Assembly (NCBI GenBank): GCA_965199815.1
Contig: CBDATE010000010.1
Span: 26,384-90,383, forward strand
Reading direction: 5' to 3'
DNA: 64,000 bases
Origin: Pseudomonadales bacterium
GTDB taxonomy: Bacteria > Pseudomonadota > Gammaproteobacteria > Pseudomonadales > Azotimanducaceae
The notes beneath the pieces were generated by a model that saw only the letters and a program-made list of their open reading frames with translations, was not told the DNA's origin and ran no database searches. Below are positions 18,100-26,267 of this stretch, one piece after another. The translations under genes were made by a program, and so were the position numbers. Every line of letters begins with the position of its first letter. The first letter of the stretch is position 1.

Positions 18100-20166
18100 A
18101 TGTTCGCATCCAACTCCGGCACCATCACGCCAACCCCCTACCGGGCAACGCACAGACCGAACGCCGGGCGATTGCTGCGCGCCTGGCTTTTCGCCGTCAC
18201 GCTCGCTGTTGTTGCGCTACTCATCGGCCTGGCAAGCTGGTTCCTGTTCACCGCCAAGCGCGTCGAAATTATCGTGAGCGAGTACAGCGGGGCCGCTATC
18301 GAGCGCCCCGTCGAACTGGCAATACGCGGAGGCCTGTCCCTGCCGCTGGGAAATCTCAGGCTCATCCGCCGAGGGACGTACCAAATCAGGATTACCGCCC
18401 CCGGTTATCACGATTTCGAGGATGACCTCAGCATCAAGGCAGGCTCGCGACGCTTCGAATACCGCCTGGAGCGGCTGCCCGCACAACTGAGCGTGACCTC
18501 CGAGCCGAGTGGTGCGCGCATTCGCCTGGGCGAGACCGAGCTCGGCACAACGCCTCTCTCCGATGCCCCGGCAGCGGCCGGTACCTGGTCGCTGTATGCC
18601 GAATTACCGCTCTACCGGAGTGTGGAGAAAGAGATCGAAATCGAAGGGCTGGACTTGCCGCAGCAACTGCACATCGAACTTGATCCGGACTTCGCGCGTG
18701 TCAGCCTGAGCACGATTCCGAGCGGTGCCGAGGTGCTGGTGGATCGGGAAGTACGCGGCATCACGCCGCTGGAACTCGACCTTGCGTCGGGGACACACAC
18801 CGTCCTCTTGCGCAAGAGCGGCTATGCGCCGAGGTCCGAGCGGCTCGAAGTTGTCGCCAATCAGGCACAGGAATTGCGTGACCTGCGTCTGACCAGGGCA
18901 TCCGCGCGACTGCGCGTGGAGACCACTCCCGAGGGCGCAGTGGTGTTTCTGGGCGACGACTATCAGGGACTGTCTCCCTTGAACCTGAGCCTGGCACCGG
19001 AACGAACTCAACGCCTGCGCGTACGCAAGATCGGCTACGAGGATGCCGAGCGCAGCCTCACGCCCTCACCCGGCAGCAACGAGACGATTCGCGTCGAGCT
19101 GGTCCGTTCGCTCGGCGCGGTGGTGGTGCAGGTCTCACCCGGAGATGCCGAACTTTTCGTGGACGGAAGCAAGACCCCACAGGCCAATACCCGCCTGGAA
19201 CTCTCGGCCGAGCCGCATCGCCTGGAGTTTCGTCGTCTCGGCTACGAACCCGTGGTGCGCGAAGTGCTGCCGAGACCCGGCTTCACGCAGCGTATTGAAG
19301 TGCGCATGCTGACGCTCGAAGACGCGCGCATCGCCAGGCTCAAGCCGGAAATCACCACAGCAGCCAATCACAGGCTGGTGCTTCTCCAGCCCACGACCAT
19401 CGAACTCGGTGCCTCCCGGCGCGAGGCCGGACGGCGCGCCAACGAAGTGCTGCGCGAGGTGCCGCTCACGCGCGAGTTCTATCTCGCCACTACCGAGGTC
19501 ACCAACGCCGAGTTTCGTGCCTTCGCTTCCGGCCATCAGTCGGGCACACATGCCGGACATTCGCTCGACGGCGACACGCAACCAGTGGTCAACATCAGTT
19601 GGCAGGATGCCGCGCGCTATTGCAACTGGCTGTCCGAGCAGGACGGCCTGACACCCGTGTACACAGTGCGCGGGGCGAATGTCGAAGGCTGGGACATGCG
19701 CCGAAGCGGCTATCGGCTACCGACCGAGGCCGAGTGGGCCTGGGCGGCCCGCTATCAGGGAGATGCACAGCCGCTGCTGAGAATGCCCTGGGGCGATGCC
19801 GCGAAACCCCCGGAACGGCACGGAAACTACGCCGACACCTCGGCCACCTATGTCGTCAGCCGGGTGATTTTCGGCTACAACGACAATCACATTGTCAGTG
19901 CGCCCGTGGCCAGCTTTGCCGCCAATCAGCACGGACTGTTTGATATGGGCGGGAATGTCGCCGAGTGGGTACAGGACTTCTACGAACAATCGCCGACTCG
20001 CCAGCAGCCGCCGGATGCCACGGGCCCGGACGAGGGGGAGTACCATGTCATACGAGGTTCGAGCTGGATGCATGGCTCCGTCAGTGACCTGCGACTTTCC
20101 TACAGAGACTATGGCGAGGATGGCCGCTCCGACCTCGGCTTTCGCATTGCCAGGTACGTAAACTGA
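18100..20166 (+). CDS. Membrane-anchored 4-5x PEGA repeat protein with a C-terminal FGE/SUMF1 (formylglycine-generating-enzyme-like) domain
   Basis: It has a TM helix (LLRAWLFAVTLAVVALLIGLASWFLF) and repeated PEGA-type units (VTSEPSGARIRLGETELGTTPL; LSTIPSGAEVLVDREVRGITPL; VETTPEGAVVFLGDDYQGLSPL; VQVSPGDAELFVDG). The FGE-sulfatase motifs are TEVTNAEFRAF, PVVNISWQDAARYCNWLS, YRLPTEAEWAWAAR, GGNVAEWVQD and IRGSSW. Confidence 0.75.
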   Translation: MFASNSGTITPTPYRATHRPNAGRLLRAWLFAVTLAVVALLIGLASWFLFTAKRVEIIVSEYSGAAIERPVELAIRGGLSLPLGNLRLIRRGTYQIRITAPGYHDFEDDLSIKAGSRRFEYRLERLPAQLSVTSEPSGARIRLGETELGTTPLSDAPAAAGTWSLYAELPLYRSVEKEIEIEGLDLPQQLHIELDPDFARVSLSTIPSGAEVLVDREVRGITPLELDLASGTHTVLLRKSGYAPRSERLEVVANQAQELRDLRLTRASARLRVETTPEGAVVFLGDDYQGLSPLNLSLAPERTQRLRVRKIGYEDAERSLTPSPGSNETIRVELVRSLGAVVVQVSPGDAELFVDGSKTPQANTRLELSAEPHRLEFRRLGYEPVVREVLPRPGFTQRIEVRMLTLEDARIARLKPEITTAANHRLVLLQPTTIELGASRREAGRRANEVLREVPLTREFYLATTEVTNAEFRAFASGHQSGTHAGHSLDGDTQPVVNISWQDAARYCNWLSEQDGLTPVYTVRGANVEGWDMRRSGYRLPTEAEWAWAARYQGDAQPLLRMPWGDAAKPPERHGNYADTSATYVVSRVIFGYNDNHIVSAPVASFAANQHGLFDMGGNVAEWVQDFYEQSPTRQQPPDATGPDEGEYHVIRGSSWMHGSVSDLRLSYRDYGEDGRSDLGFRIARYVN

Positions 20167-20459
20167 TGGTCAACACAGGATTCGCATTCATGTTGGGCGT
20201 GGCGTTCAGCAGCCTGCTCCTGATAACGCCTGTGTCGCTGCGGGCGCAGACGCAAGATCAGGATCAACAAACGGTACCGGGCGCGGTTATTGCGCCGCAA
20301 CCTGCAGGAGATGATGAAATCGATCCGGCAGGCGAGCCGCAGGAGGACGATGAGGACAGCACGGCTCAGCAACAGGCCCCTGCAGTGCTGATCGAAGATA
20401 TTATCCCCTCCGAGATGATCTCGGAGGATCTGGCGGTGGACTTTCCGATAGACATATGA
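20166..20459 (+). CDS. Small secreted acidic protein
   Basis: 97-aa ORF with a signal peptide (FAFMLGVAFSSLLLITPVSLRAQ) and a D/E/Q-rich remainder. Its start overlaps the upstream stop (TGATG) and its stop overlaps the next start (ATGA). Confidence 0.5.
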   Translation: MVNTGFAFMLGVAFSSLLLITPVSLRAQTQDQDQQTVPGAVIAPQPAGDDEIDPAGEPQEDDEDSTAQQQAPAVLIEDIIPSEMISEDLAVDFPIDI

Positions 20460-21256
20460 AGTCAACCACACGCACAGAACTGCTCTTCCAGGTCAGCGCA
20501 CTGGTGATTTGTGCGCTTCTGGTGCATCTGGTGTATGTGATCCTCATTCGCCCGAGCGCCGATGCCATACTCGAATCGCAAGCCGCCCTGGCGGCCGCCG
20601 GGCAGATGGTCGATACCCCCAGATCCATCTACGTCATATTGCGCGACTTCGAGCAGGAGGCGTGCTTCATTCTCATGTTCTGGTCTTTCGCCATCATGGG
20701 ATTCAAGGCCAGAATCGCTCTTGCGGAGCGTTCGCTGCTCGCTCAGGATCTGATCGGCGTGGTAGAAGGCGTGAGCATCCTGCCCGGCGATTCGCGCAAG
20801 TTTCTGCGCCCACTCGAAGCCCTGCCGGGACAGCAGCGCGAAGCACTCCTGACGCGCGCGCTCATGGCCGCTCTGAGTCGCTTTGCCTCGACGCGAAACG
20901 TGCAGGATGTATCCGAATCCATGCGCTCGATTTGCGAAAGCGAGGCCGAGCGCCTGGACAGCGAACTCGCCATGGTGCGTTATATCGCCTGGGCGATTCC
21001 CTCCATCGGCTTTATCGGCACGGTGCGCGGCATTGGCGAAGCTCTGGGGCAGGCGTACAAGGCGGTCGAGGGAGATATTGCCGGGGTCACGGCATCACTC
21101 GGGGTGGCATTCAACTCCACATTTACTGCCCTGCTCATCAGCATTCTGGTGATGTTCTTTGTCTATCAGTTGCAGCTCGTACAGGAACGACTGGTGCTTG
21201 ATGCCCAGCGCTACTGCGATGAGCGGCTGATTCGTCACATGACCGTTCGTGAGTGA
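20456..21256 (+). CDS. MotA/TolQ/ExbB-family proton channel protein
   Basis: 266-aa ORF with an N-terminal TM helix. The C-terminal pair of TM helices carries the family signature region (AWAIPSIGFIGTVRGIGEALGQAY...GVTASLGVAFNSTFTALLISILVMFFVYQL). Confidence 0.75.
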   Translation: MKSTTRTELLFQVSALVICALLVHLVYVILIRPSADAILESQAALAAAGQMVDTPRSIYVILRDFEQEACFILMFWSFAIMGFKARIALAERSLLAQDLIGVVEGVSILPGDSRKFLRPLEALPGQQREALLTRALMAALSRFASTRNVQDVSESMRSICESEAERLDSELAMVRYIAWAIPSIGFIGTVRGIGEALGQAYKAVEGDIAGVTASLGVAFNSTFTALLISILVMFFVYQLQLVQERLVLDAQRYCDERLIRHMTVRE

Positions 21257-22673
21257 GCCACGGGTGACTGCCAGACCCACCCTGAAAGTGCTTGATCTCA
21301 ACGACTGGGAGCTTTCCCTGTACGGCGAGCGGGAACCCGGAGGCGCGTGGGAACTGGCAGTACAGGCACCCGGCTTTGCCATGATCGATGGCAAGAACAT
21401 CCACTTCGGCGAACAGGCGATGCAGACGCACCGGCGCACACCGCTTGGCTCGTACGCCGCCTACTGGCATCGAATGGACGCATCGCCCCTGCGCTCGCGC
21501 AATCGTGAAGTGCGTACCGGTGCCGACCTGGTCTTCCATCAGCTCAGGTGCCTGATTGCCGAGAGCGAGGGTTCGGGGAGCACGGGAAGGGGAGATGTCT
21601 CCGCGTCGCGGACAGTGATCACGGTGCCAAGCCACTACAGCAAGGATCAGCTCGCAGTACTGCTCGGCATTATCGAGCAGACGAACATTGCGCCGGTCGC
21701 GATGGTCGATAGCCTGATCGCAGCCGGGGCCACGGACCCGGCGGACTTCATCATCGATCTGTCGTTGCACCAGATGACCATCGTCCGCTCCGAGGTCTCG
21801 CCCGAGCTGGTGAAACGCGTGACGGTGGAATCGGTACCGGACGGCGGCTTGCTGCCACTCCTCGATGCCTGGCTGGCGCGCATTGCCGACGAGTTCGTGC
21901 GCGAGACGCGGTTTGATCCGCTGCGCATCGCCGACACGGAACAGCAGCTCTGGTCGCATCTCTACGCCTGGCTGAGCGGCGAAGTGAGCGCGCGGGACCA
22001 CGGGCTGCATCTCGAGGTCAGCAACAGCTCCGGGCATTGGCACGTGAACTTTGATACCCGCGAGCTGGAGCGCATGACCGCGAAGCTGGTGCAGGACGCG
22101 GTGGCACTGTGCGCCGAGGTCGAGGATGCCGCGCTGCGAGTCAGTGCGCGCGCGGCGCGCATACCGGGGCTCGTCAAGGGTATTCGCGAGGCCGGGATCA
22201 GGAACTGCGCGACGCTCGCCGCGGATGCCGTCGTCAGGGGCATCGCGGGCAATGCGGATGTGCCTGGACAGGACAGCCAGGCGGGCATCAGATTCATGAC
22301 GGCTCTCGAGACGGTGGAGAACGACGCGACGGCTGCCGGGCTGAATGCGGGGACACACACCGACATGGGTGACATGGGTGCGGGGACACACGACAAAAGC
22401 GACGGGGACACACACCGCCCAGGCGAAACGCGCCCATCGGCACCCACGCATCTGGTCTATGCCGGCGCGGCCTACGAAGTGCCCGACGGAGCCGAACTGA
22501 CCACGCTGATCAGCGCATTTCCGGAGAGCGACTCATATCGTCTGGTCAAGACAGCTGATGCCATTCACTTCTACCGCATCGGCGAGGATGCCGAAGAGCC
22601 GGTGCAATCGCTCGGCTGCGGAGAGGTCTTTGCCACGGACGGCGGCAACCTCCTGGCCATCAGGCTCGCGTGA
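21249..22673 (+). CDS. Hsp70/actin-fold protein with degenerate nucleotide-binding loops
   Basis: ITVPSHYSKDQLAVLLGIIEQTNIAPVAMVDSLIAAG parallels DnaK [37 protein letters not shown]. The phosphate-1 position reads VLDLNDWELS (DnaK GIDLGTTNS). The phosphate-2 position reads FIIDLSLHQMTIV (DnaK VYDLGGGTFDVS). The start is a GTG at 21249. Confidence 0.55.
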   Translation: MSEPRVTARPTLKVLDLNDWELSLYGEREPGGAWELAVQAPGFAMIDGKNIHFGEQAMQTHRRTPLGSYAAYWHRMDASPLRSRNREVRTGADLVFHQLRCLIAESEGSGSTGRGDVSASRTVITVPSHYSKDQLAVLLGIIEQTNIAPVAMVDSLIAAGATDPADFIIDLSLHQMTIVRSEVSPELVKRVTVESVPDGGLLPLLDAWLARIADEFVRETRFDPLRIADTEQQLWSHLYAWLSGEVSARDHGLHLEVSNSSGHWHVNFDTRELERMTAKLVQDAVALCAEVEDAALRVSARAARIPGLVKGIREAGIRNCATLAADAVVRGIAGNADVPGQDSQAGIRFMTALETVENDATAAGLNAGTHTDMGDMGAGTHDKSDGDTHRPGETRPSAPTHLVYAGAAYEVPDGAELTTLISAFPESDSYRLVKTADAIHFYRIGEDAEEPVQSLGCGEVFATDGGNLLAIRLA

Positions 22674-22674
22674 C

Positions 22675-23754
22675 ATGGCGCGCAGGAAGCTGTCAACTTT
22701 CTCCATGTCCTTCCTGGACGTGATGTCCTGCGGGCTCGGTGCCGTCGTGCTCATGTTCTTCATCCTCAATCACGAGAGCATTCAGGCGTTTGCCGAAGAC
22801 AATGAAGTCCTGCTCGCAGAAATACGGCGACTCGATTTCCTCTCGCAGGAAAGCGACATGAGCCTGTCCGATCTCGAAAGCGCCATCGCCGAGATCGAAC
22901 AGCAACTCGAGCAGACGCGCGCCTCGAAGGAGCAGCTCACGGAAACGGCGGAGCGCGATCAGGAGTCCCTGCAGCGCATCACTTCCGGCCTCGCGGCAGA
23001 AGAGTCGCGCGTCGAGACCCTGGCGAGACAGGTCGAAGCGCAAAAACAACAAGTGGAAGCCCTCGAGCGGGATGCACAGGATGGCGGCGGCACTTCACTG
23101 CGCGAACTCGAAGGCGAAGGCAGCCGCCAGTACCTGTCCGGCATACGCATGGACGGTCGGCGCATCGTGGTCGCCATAGACACCTCGGCGAGCATGCTCG
23201 ATGAAACTCTGCTGAACGCGATACGCAGGAAGAACATGCCCGCCGAGCAGCGCCGGACATCCGACAAGTGGATGCGCACAGTGCGCACCGCGAACTGGAT
23301 TGCCGCCTCGCTCCCGCTGGAGAGCCAGTTCGAATTGATCGTGTTCGCAGAAACAGCGCAGGCAATCCTGGGCGAAGCTCGCTGGCGACCCAGCGCAACC
23401 GGCGATCATCTGCAACGCGCCTTCGACGCACTCGAAGAGATTGCCCCCGAGGGCGGCACCAACCTGGCCGCGCTGATGGATGTGCTGGACAGCCTGTCTC
23501 CGAAACCGGACCGCGTATTTCTGGTGACTGACGGGCTGCCGACCCTCGGCCGCCGTACACCTCGGCGCAATACCATATCGGCGCGTGAGCGGCTGGAGTT
23601 ATTCCTCGATGCCGTCAATCGCGTGACCCCCGGTATGGCGTTCAATATCATCCTGCTCCCGCTTGAAGGAGACAACGCGGCGGCCGGTGCTTACTGGGAA
23701 CTCGCGCGCAATACCGGCGGCTCCTTCCTGTCACCATCGGTGGACTGGCCATGA
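22675..23754 (+). CDS. ExbD/TolR-like TM helix + coiled coil + VWA domain protein (paralog 1)
   Basis: The start is taken at the ATG at 22675. The N-terminus MARRKLSTFSMSFLDVMSCGLGAVVLMFFIL resembles the ExbD/TolR TM helix and keeps the membrane Asp. An E/Q/L/R-rich heptad region follows. The VWA MIDAS is VVAIDTSASM, with a later EGGTNLAAL and FLVTDGLPT. Confidence 0.65.
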   Translation: MARRKLSTFSMSFLDVMSCGLGAVVLMFFILNHESIQAFAEDNEVLLAEIRRLDFLSQESDMSLSDLESAIAEIEQQLEQTRASKEQLTETAERDQESLQRITSGLAAEESRVETLARQVEAQKQQVEALERDAQDGGGTSLRELEGEGSRQYLSGIRMDGRRIVVAIDTSASMLDETLLNAIRRKNMPAEQRRTSDKWMRTVRTANWIAASLPLESQFELIVFAETAQAILGEARWRPSATGDHLQRAFDALEEIAPEGGTNLAALMDVLDSLSPKPDRVFLVTDGLPTLGRRTPRRNTISARERLELFLDAVNRVTPGMAFNIILLPLEGDNAAAGAYWELARNTGGSFLSPSVDWP

Positions 23755-24758
23755 TGAAACGCAGGGAAAACGAAGACTTTGGCATGCCGTTTCTGGCCAT
23801 GATCTGTTGTGGATTCGGTGGCCTGCTGCTGCTCCTGATGGTGGCCGAGACCTCGGAGACGCGCATCAACGAACAATCCGTAATCGACCTTGAAGCCCGC
23901 GTCAACATGATGCGCGATGCCCTGCTCGATTCGCGCCGCGACTCTGACCAGGCCAAACTGACCTTCTCCGACATGCAGTCGGAACTCGACCGGGAGTCGC
24001 GAGCGCTTCGCGACTTGCGCGCACGCATCGCGAGAATCGAGCAGGAGCTCGAGGCAGCGGACGAGCAGGCATATCAACTTGCCGAACAGGCGCGCGGTCT
24101 GGCGAAGGCGCGCCAGTCCCTGACTGAAGAGATGCTGGCGCTTCAGGTGACAGGCGGAATCACCGGCACGAACGCCATCGGCGGCATCACCGCCGACAGT
24201 CAATACATCATCTTCGTCATCGACACCTCGGGCAGCATGTTCAGCTACGCCTGGGAGGGGGTGCGACGCAAGGTGGGAGAGGTGCTGGCGGTGTACCCGG
24301 AAGTCAGGGGCATTCAGGTGATGAATGATATGGGGGACTACATGTTCCGCAGCTTTGCCGGGCGCTGGATGCCGGACTCTCCGACCGTGCGCAGGCAGAT
24401 AGTTGACCGACTGTCATCCTGGAATCCGTTCTCCAATTCAAGCCCGGTCGAGGGTATTCAACGTGCGATTTCCACCTTCTTCGACCCCGAACTGGAGATT
24501 TCCATTTATGTGTTCGGAGACGACTTTCAACAAAACAATTCCATCCAGGGAGTTGTCGATGCCGTGGACCGGGCCAATCGCGAGAGTCAGGAAACGGGCC
24601 GTCGCCGGGTGCGCATTCACGCTGTGGGCTTTCCCGTGCTCTTTCAGCCAGACGCTCCGCAACAAGCGCGCATCAGCGCGTACAGGTTCGCCGCGCTGAT
24701 GCGCGAATTGACGCAGCGAAACCTCGGTGCCTTTGTCGGCTCTTCGGAATTGCAATAG
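23751..24758 (+). CDS. TM helix + coiled coil + VWA domain protein (paralog 2, lacks the TM Asp)
   Basis: The N-terminus is MMKRRENEDFGMPFLAMICCGFGGLLLLLMVA, followed by a coiled-coil region. The VWA MIDAS is IFVIDTSGSM. Its start overlaps the upstream stop (ATGA at 23751-23754). Confidence 0.65.
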   Translation: MMKRRENEDFGMPFLAMICCGFGGLLLLLMVAETSETRINEQSVIDLEARVNMMRDALLDSRRDSDQAKLTFSDMQSELDRESRALRDLRARIARIEQELEAADEQAYQLAEQARGLAKARQSLTEEMLALQVTGGITGTNAIGGITADSQYIIFVIDTSGSMFSYAWEGVRRKVGEVLAVYPEVRGIQVMNDMGDYMFRSFAGRWMPDSPTVRRQIVDRLSSWNPFSNSSPVEGIQRAISTFFDPELEISIYVFGDDFQQNNSIQGVVDAVDRANRESQETGRRRVRIHAVGFPVLFQPDAPQQARISAYRFAALMRELTQRNLGAFVGSSELQ

Positions 24759-24787
24759 AGTGTGCCCATACATGGAGTGCGCCCATA

Positions 24788-25477
24788 ATGCCCCGATTCG
24801 GAAAATTCAACATGGCTTCAGTGCGGGTTGTCGGCCTCCTGATGCTGGCGGGCCTCATCACAGCCTGTGGCGGCGCGCAGGTACAGATGCAAAGCAGCTA
24901 TCCCCCGCCGCTGGTGCAACCGGTGCCGGTACATGTCGGCCTGCTGACCGATGATGCGTTCGCGAACTATCAGCACACGGAATCCATCGAGGGGTTCGGC
25001 GACTGGAGTGTGCTGGTCGGCAGCGATCAGCAACACATGTTCGAGCAAACCATGCGCGGACTCTTCGCCCGATTCTCGCAGGTGAGCGGCATCGGCCAGA
25101 CGGCGATGGGCGCTGAACTCATCATCAAGCCAGAGGTCGATACGTTCGAGATCAGCATTCCCGGACAGTCGCAAACCGAGTTTTTCGAGGTTCGCATCGT
25201 GTATCAGATACAACTTCTCGAAACGCAGGGGCAGGAGGTGGTCAATTGGACACTGTCTGCTTATGGCCGCTCCGATGTGCGCAACTTCCGCAGCCTCACG
25301 GGTTCGAACTCCGGGGCCGCACTGGCGGCCGCCACCAGAACGGCACTGCGGGATGCGTCAGCCCTGATCGCGCGCCAGCTTCCGCTCCTGCCGGAGATGA
25401 AAACCTGGTTGGCGGAACGCGCGCGTCGCGGCGAATCATCTGCTGGCGAGGTATCCGGCGAGGCGACCGGCGAATAG
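24788..25477 (+). CDS. Lipoprotein, unknown function
   Basis: It has a lipobox (LMLAGLITAC). An alternative start is the second Met at 24812. Confidence 0.55.
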   Translation: MPRFGKFNMASVRVVGLLMLAGLITACGGAQVQMQSSYPPPLVQPVPVHVGLLTDDAFANYQHTESIEGFGDWSVLVGSDQQHMFEQTMRGLFARFSQVSGIGQTAMGAELIIKPEVDTFEISIPGQSQTEFFEVRIVYQIQLLETQGQEVVNWTLSAYGRSDVRNFRSLTGSNSGAALAAATRTALRDASALIARQLPLLPEMKTWLAERARRGESSAGEVSGEATGE

Positions 25478-25583
25478 CCCGCCCACGGGCCTCCCCGTCA
25501 CGGTGTGTGTCGCCTTCGCTTGACGAAGGGCGTACTATCTACCATCATCGTTGCAAGCGTCGGGTCGTCCCCGGAAGGTACTG

Positions 25584-26243
25584 ATGAGAAGATTTCTGTG
25601 CATCGCCTGTCTTGCCGGGATCATGACAACCCTGACGGGCTGCGTCACCTCGAGCGTTCAAATCATCAGGGAGGGCGACACCGGCATTGACGGGCAGGAT
25701 GCCGTGGTGGTACTTGGCAAGAGTCAGCAGACCGCCGGCCACGAAACCGAGATCGAGTATATCGGCTGCGTCGGACGCTCCCTGCTACGCGCCGACACAC
25801 CGTTTCAGGTGATTTCCCAGAACGATTTCAAGGATATGACCTTCCCCTGGTTCGAACCCCGCTTTGCGCCGCGGGAGGTCAGCGAATTCAGTGCTCTCAT
25901 TGAAGAACCCATGTTGCGTCAGCGTATGGAGTCTCTCAGTGTGCGCTACATTGTCTGGATTGAAGGCACCACGGAAAACACGGGGTCGGGCGGTGGCATG
26001 ACCTGCGCGGCATCACCCGCCGGGGCAGGATGCTTCGGCTTCGTGCGCTGGGACAAGTCCTCGCAATACGAAGCCTCCATCTGGGATGTCAGGAACAACA
26101 CGACCGTCGGCAAGATCAGCGCTCAGGCCTCGGGCACATCATTCATGCCCGCCGTAATCGTGCCTGTGCCCATGATTGCGCCGGTGCAGTCAAACGCCTG
26201 CAACCAGATGGCTGATCAGATCGGGGAGTTTCTTGCCGGGTGA
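25584..26243 (+). CDS. Lipoprotein, unknown function
   Basis: The start is taken at the ATG at 25584, giving [20 protein letters not shown] (lipobox). Confidence 0.5.
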   Translation: MRRFLCIACLAGIMTTLTGCVTSSVQIIREGDTGIDGQDAVVVLGKSQQTAGHETEIEYIGCVGRSLLRADTPFQVISQNDFKDMTFPWFEPRFAPREVSEFSALIEEPMLRQRMESLSVRYIVWIEGTTENTGSGGGMTCAASPAGAGCFGFVRWDKSSQYEASIWDVRNNTTVGKISAQASGTSFMPAVIVPVPMIAPVQSNACNQMADQIGEFLAG

Positions 26244-26267
26244 AGGGGCGGTCGAGGTTGTCGAAGC

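Noticed and set aside
21138-22451. 437-aa minus-strand ORF
   Set aside because: It is antisense to the Hsp70-like gene, which sits in a tightly coupled same-strand operon. The composition is Arg/His/Pro-rich and I saw no motif.
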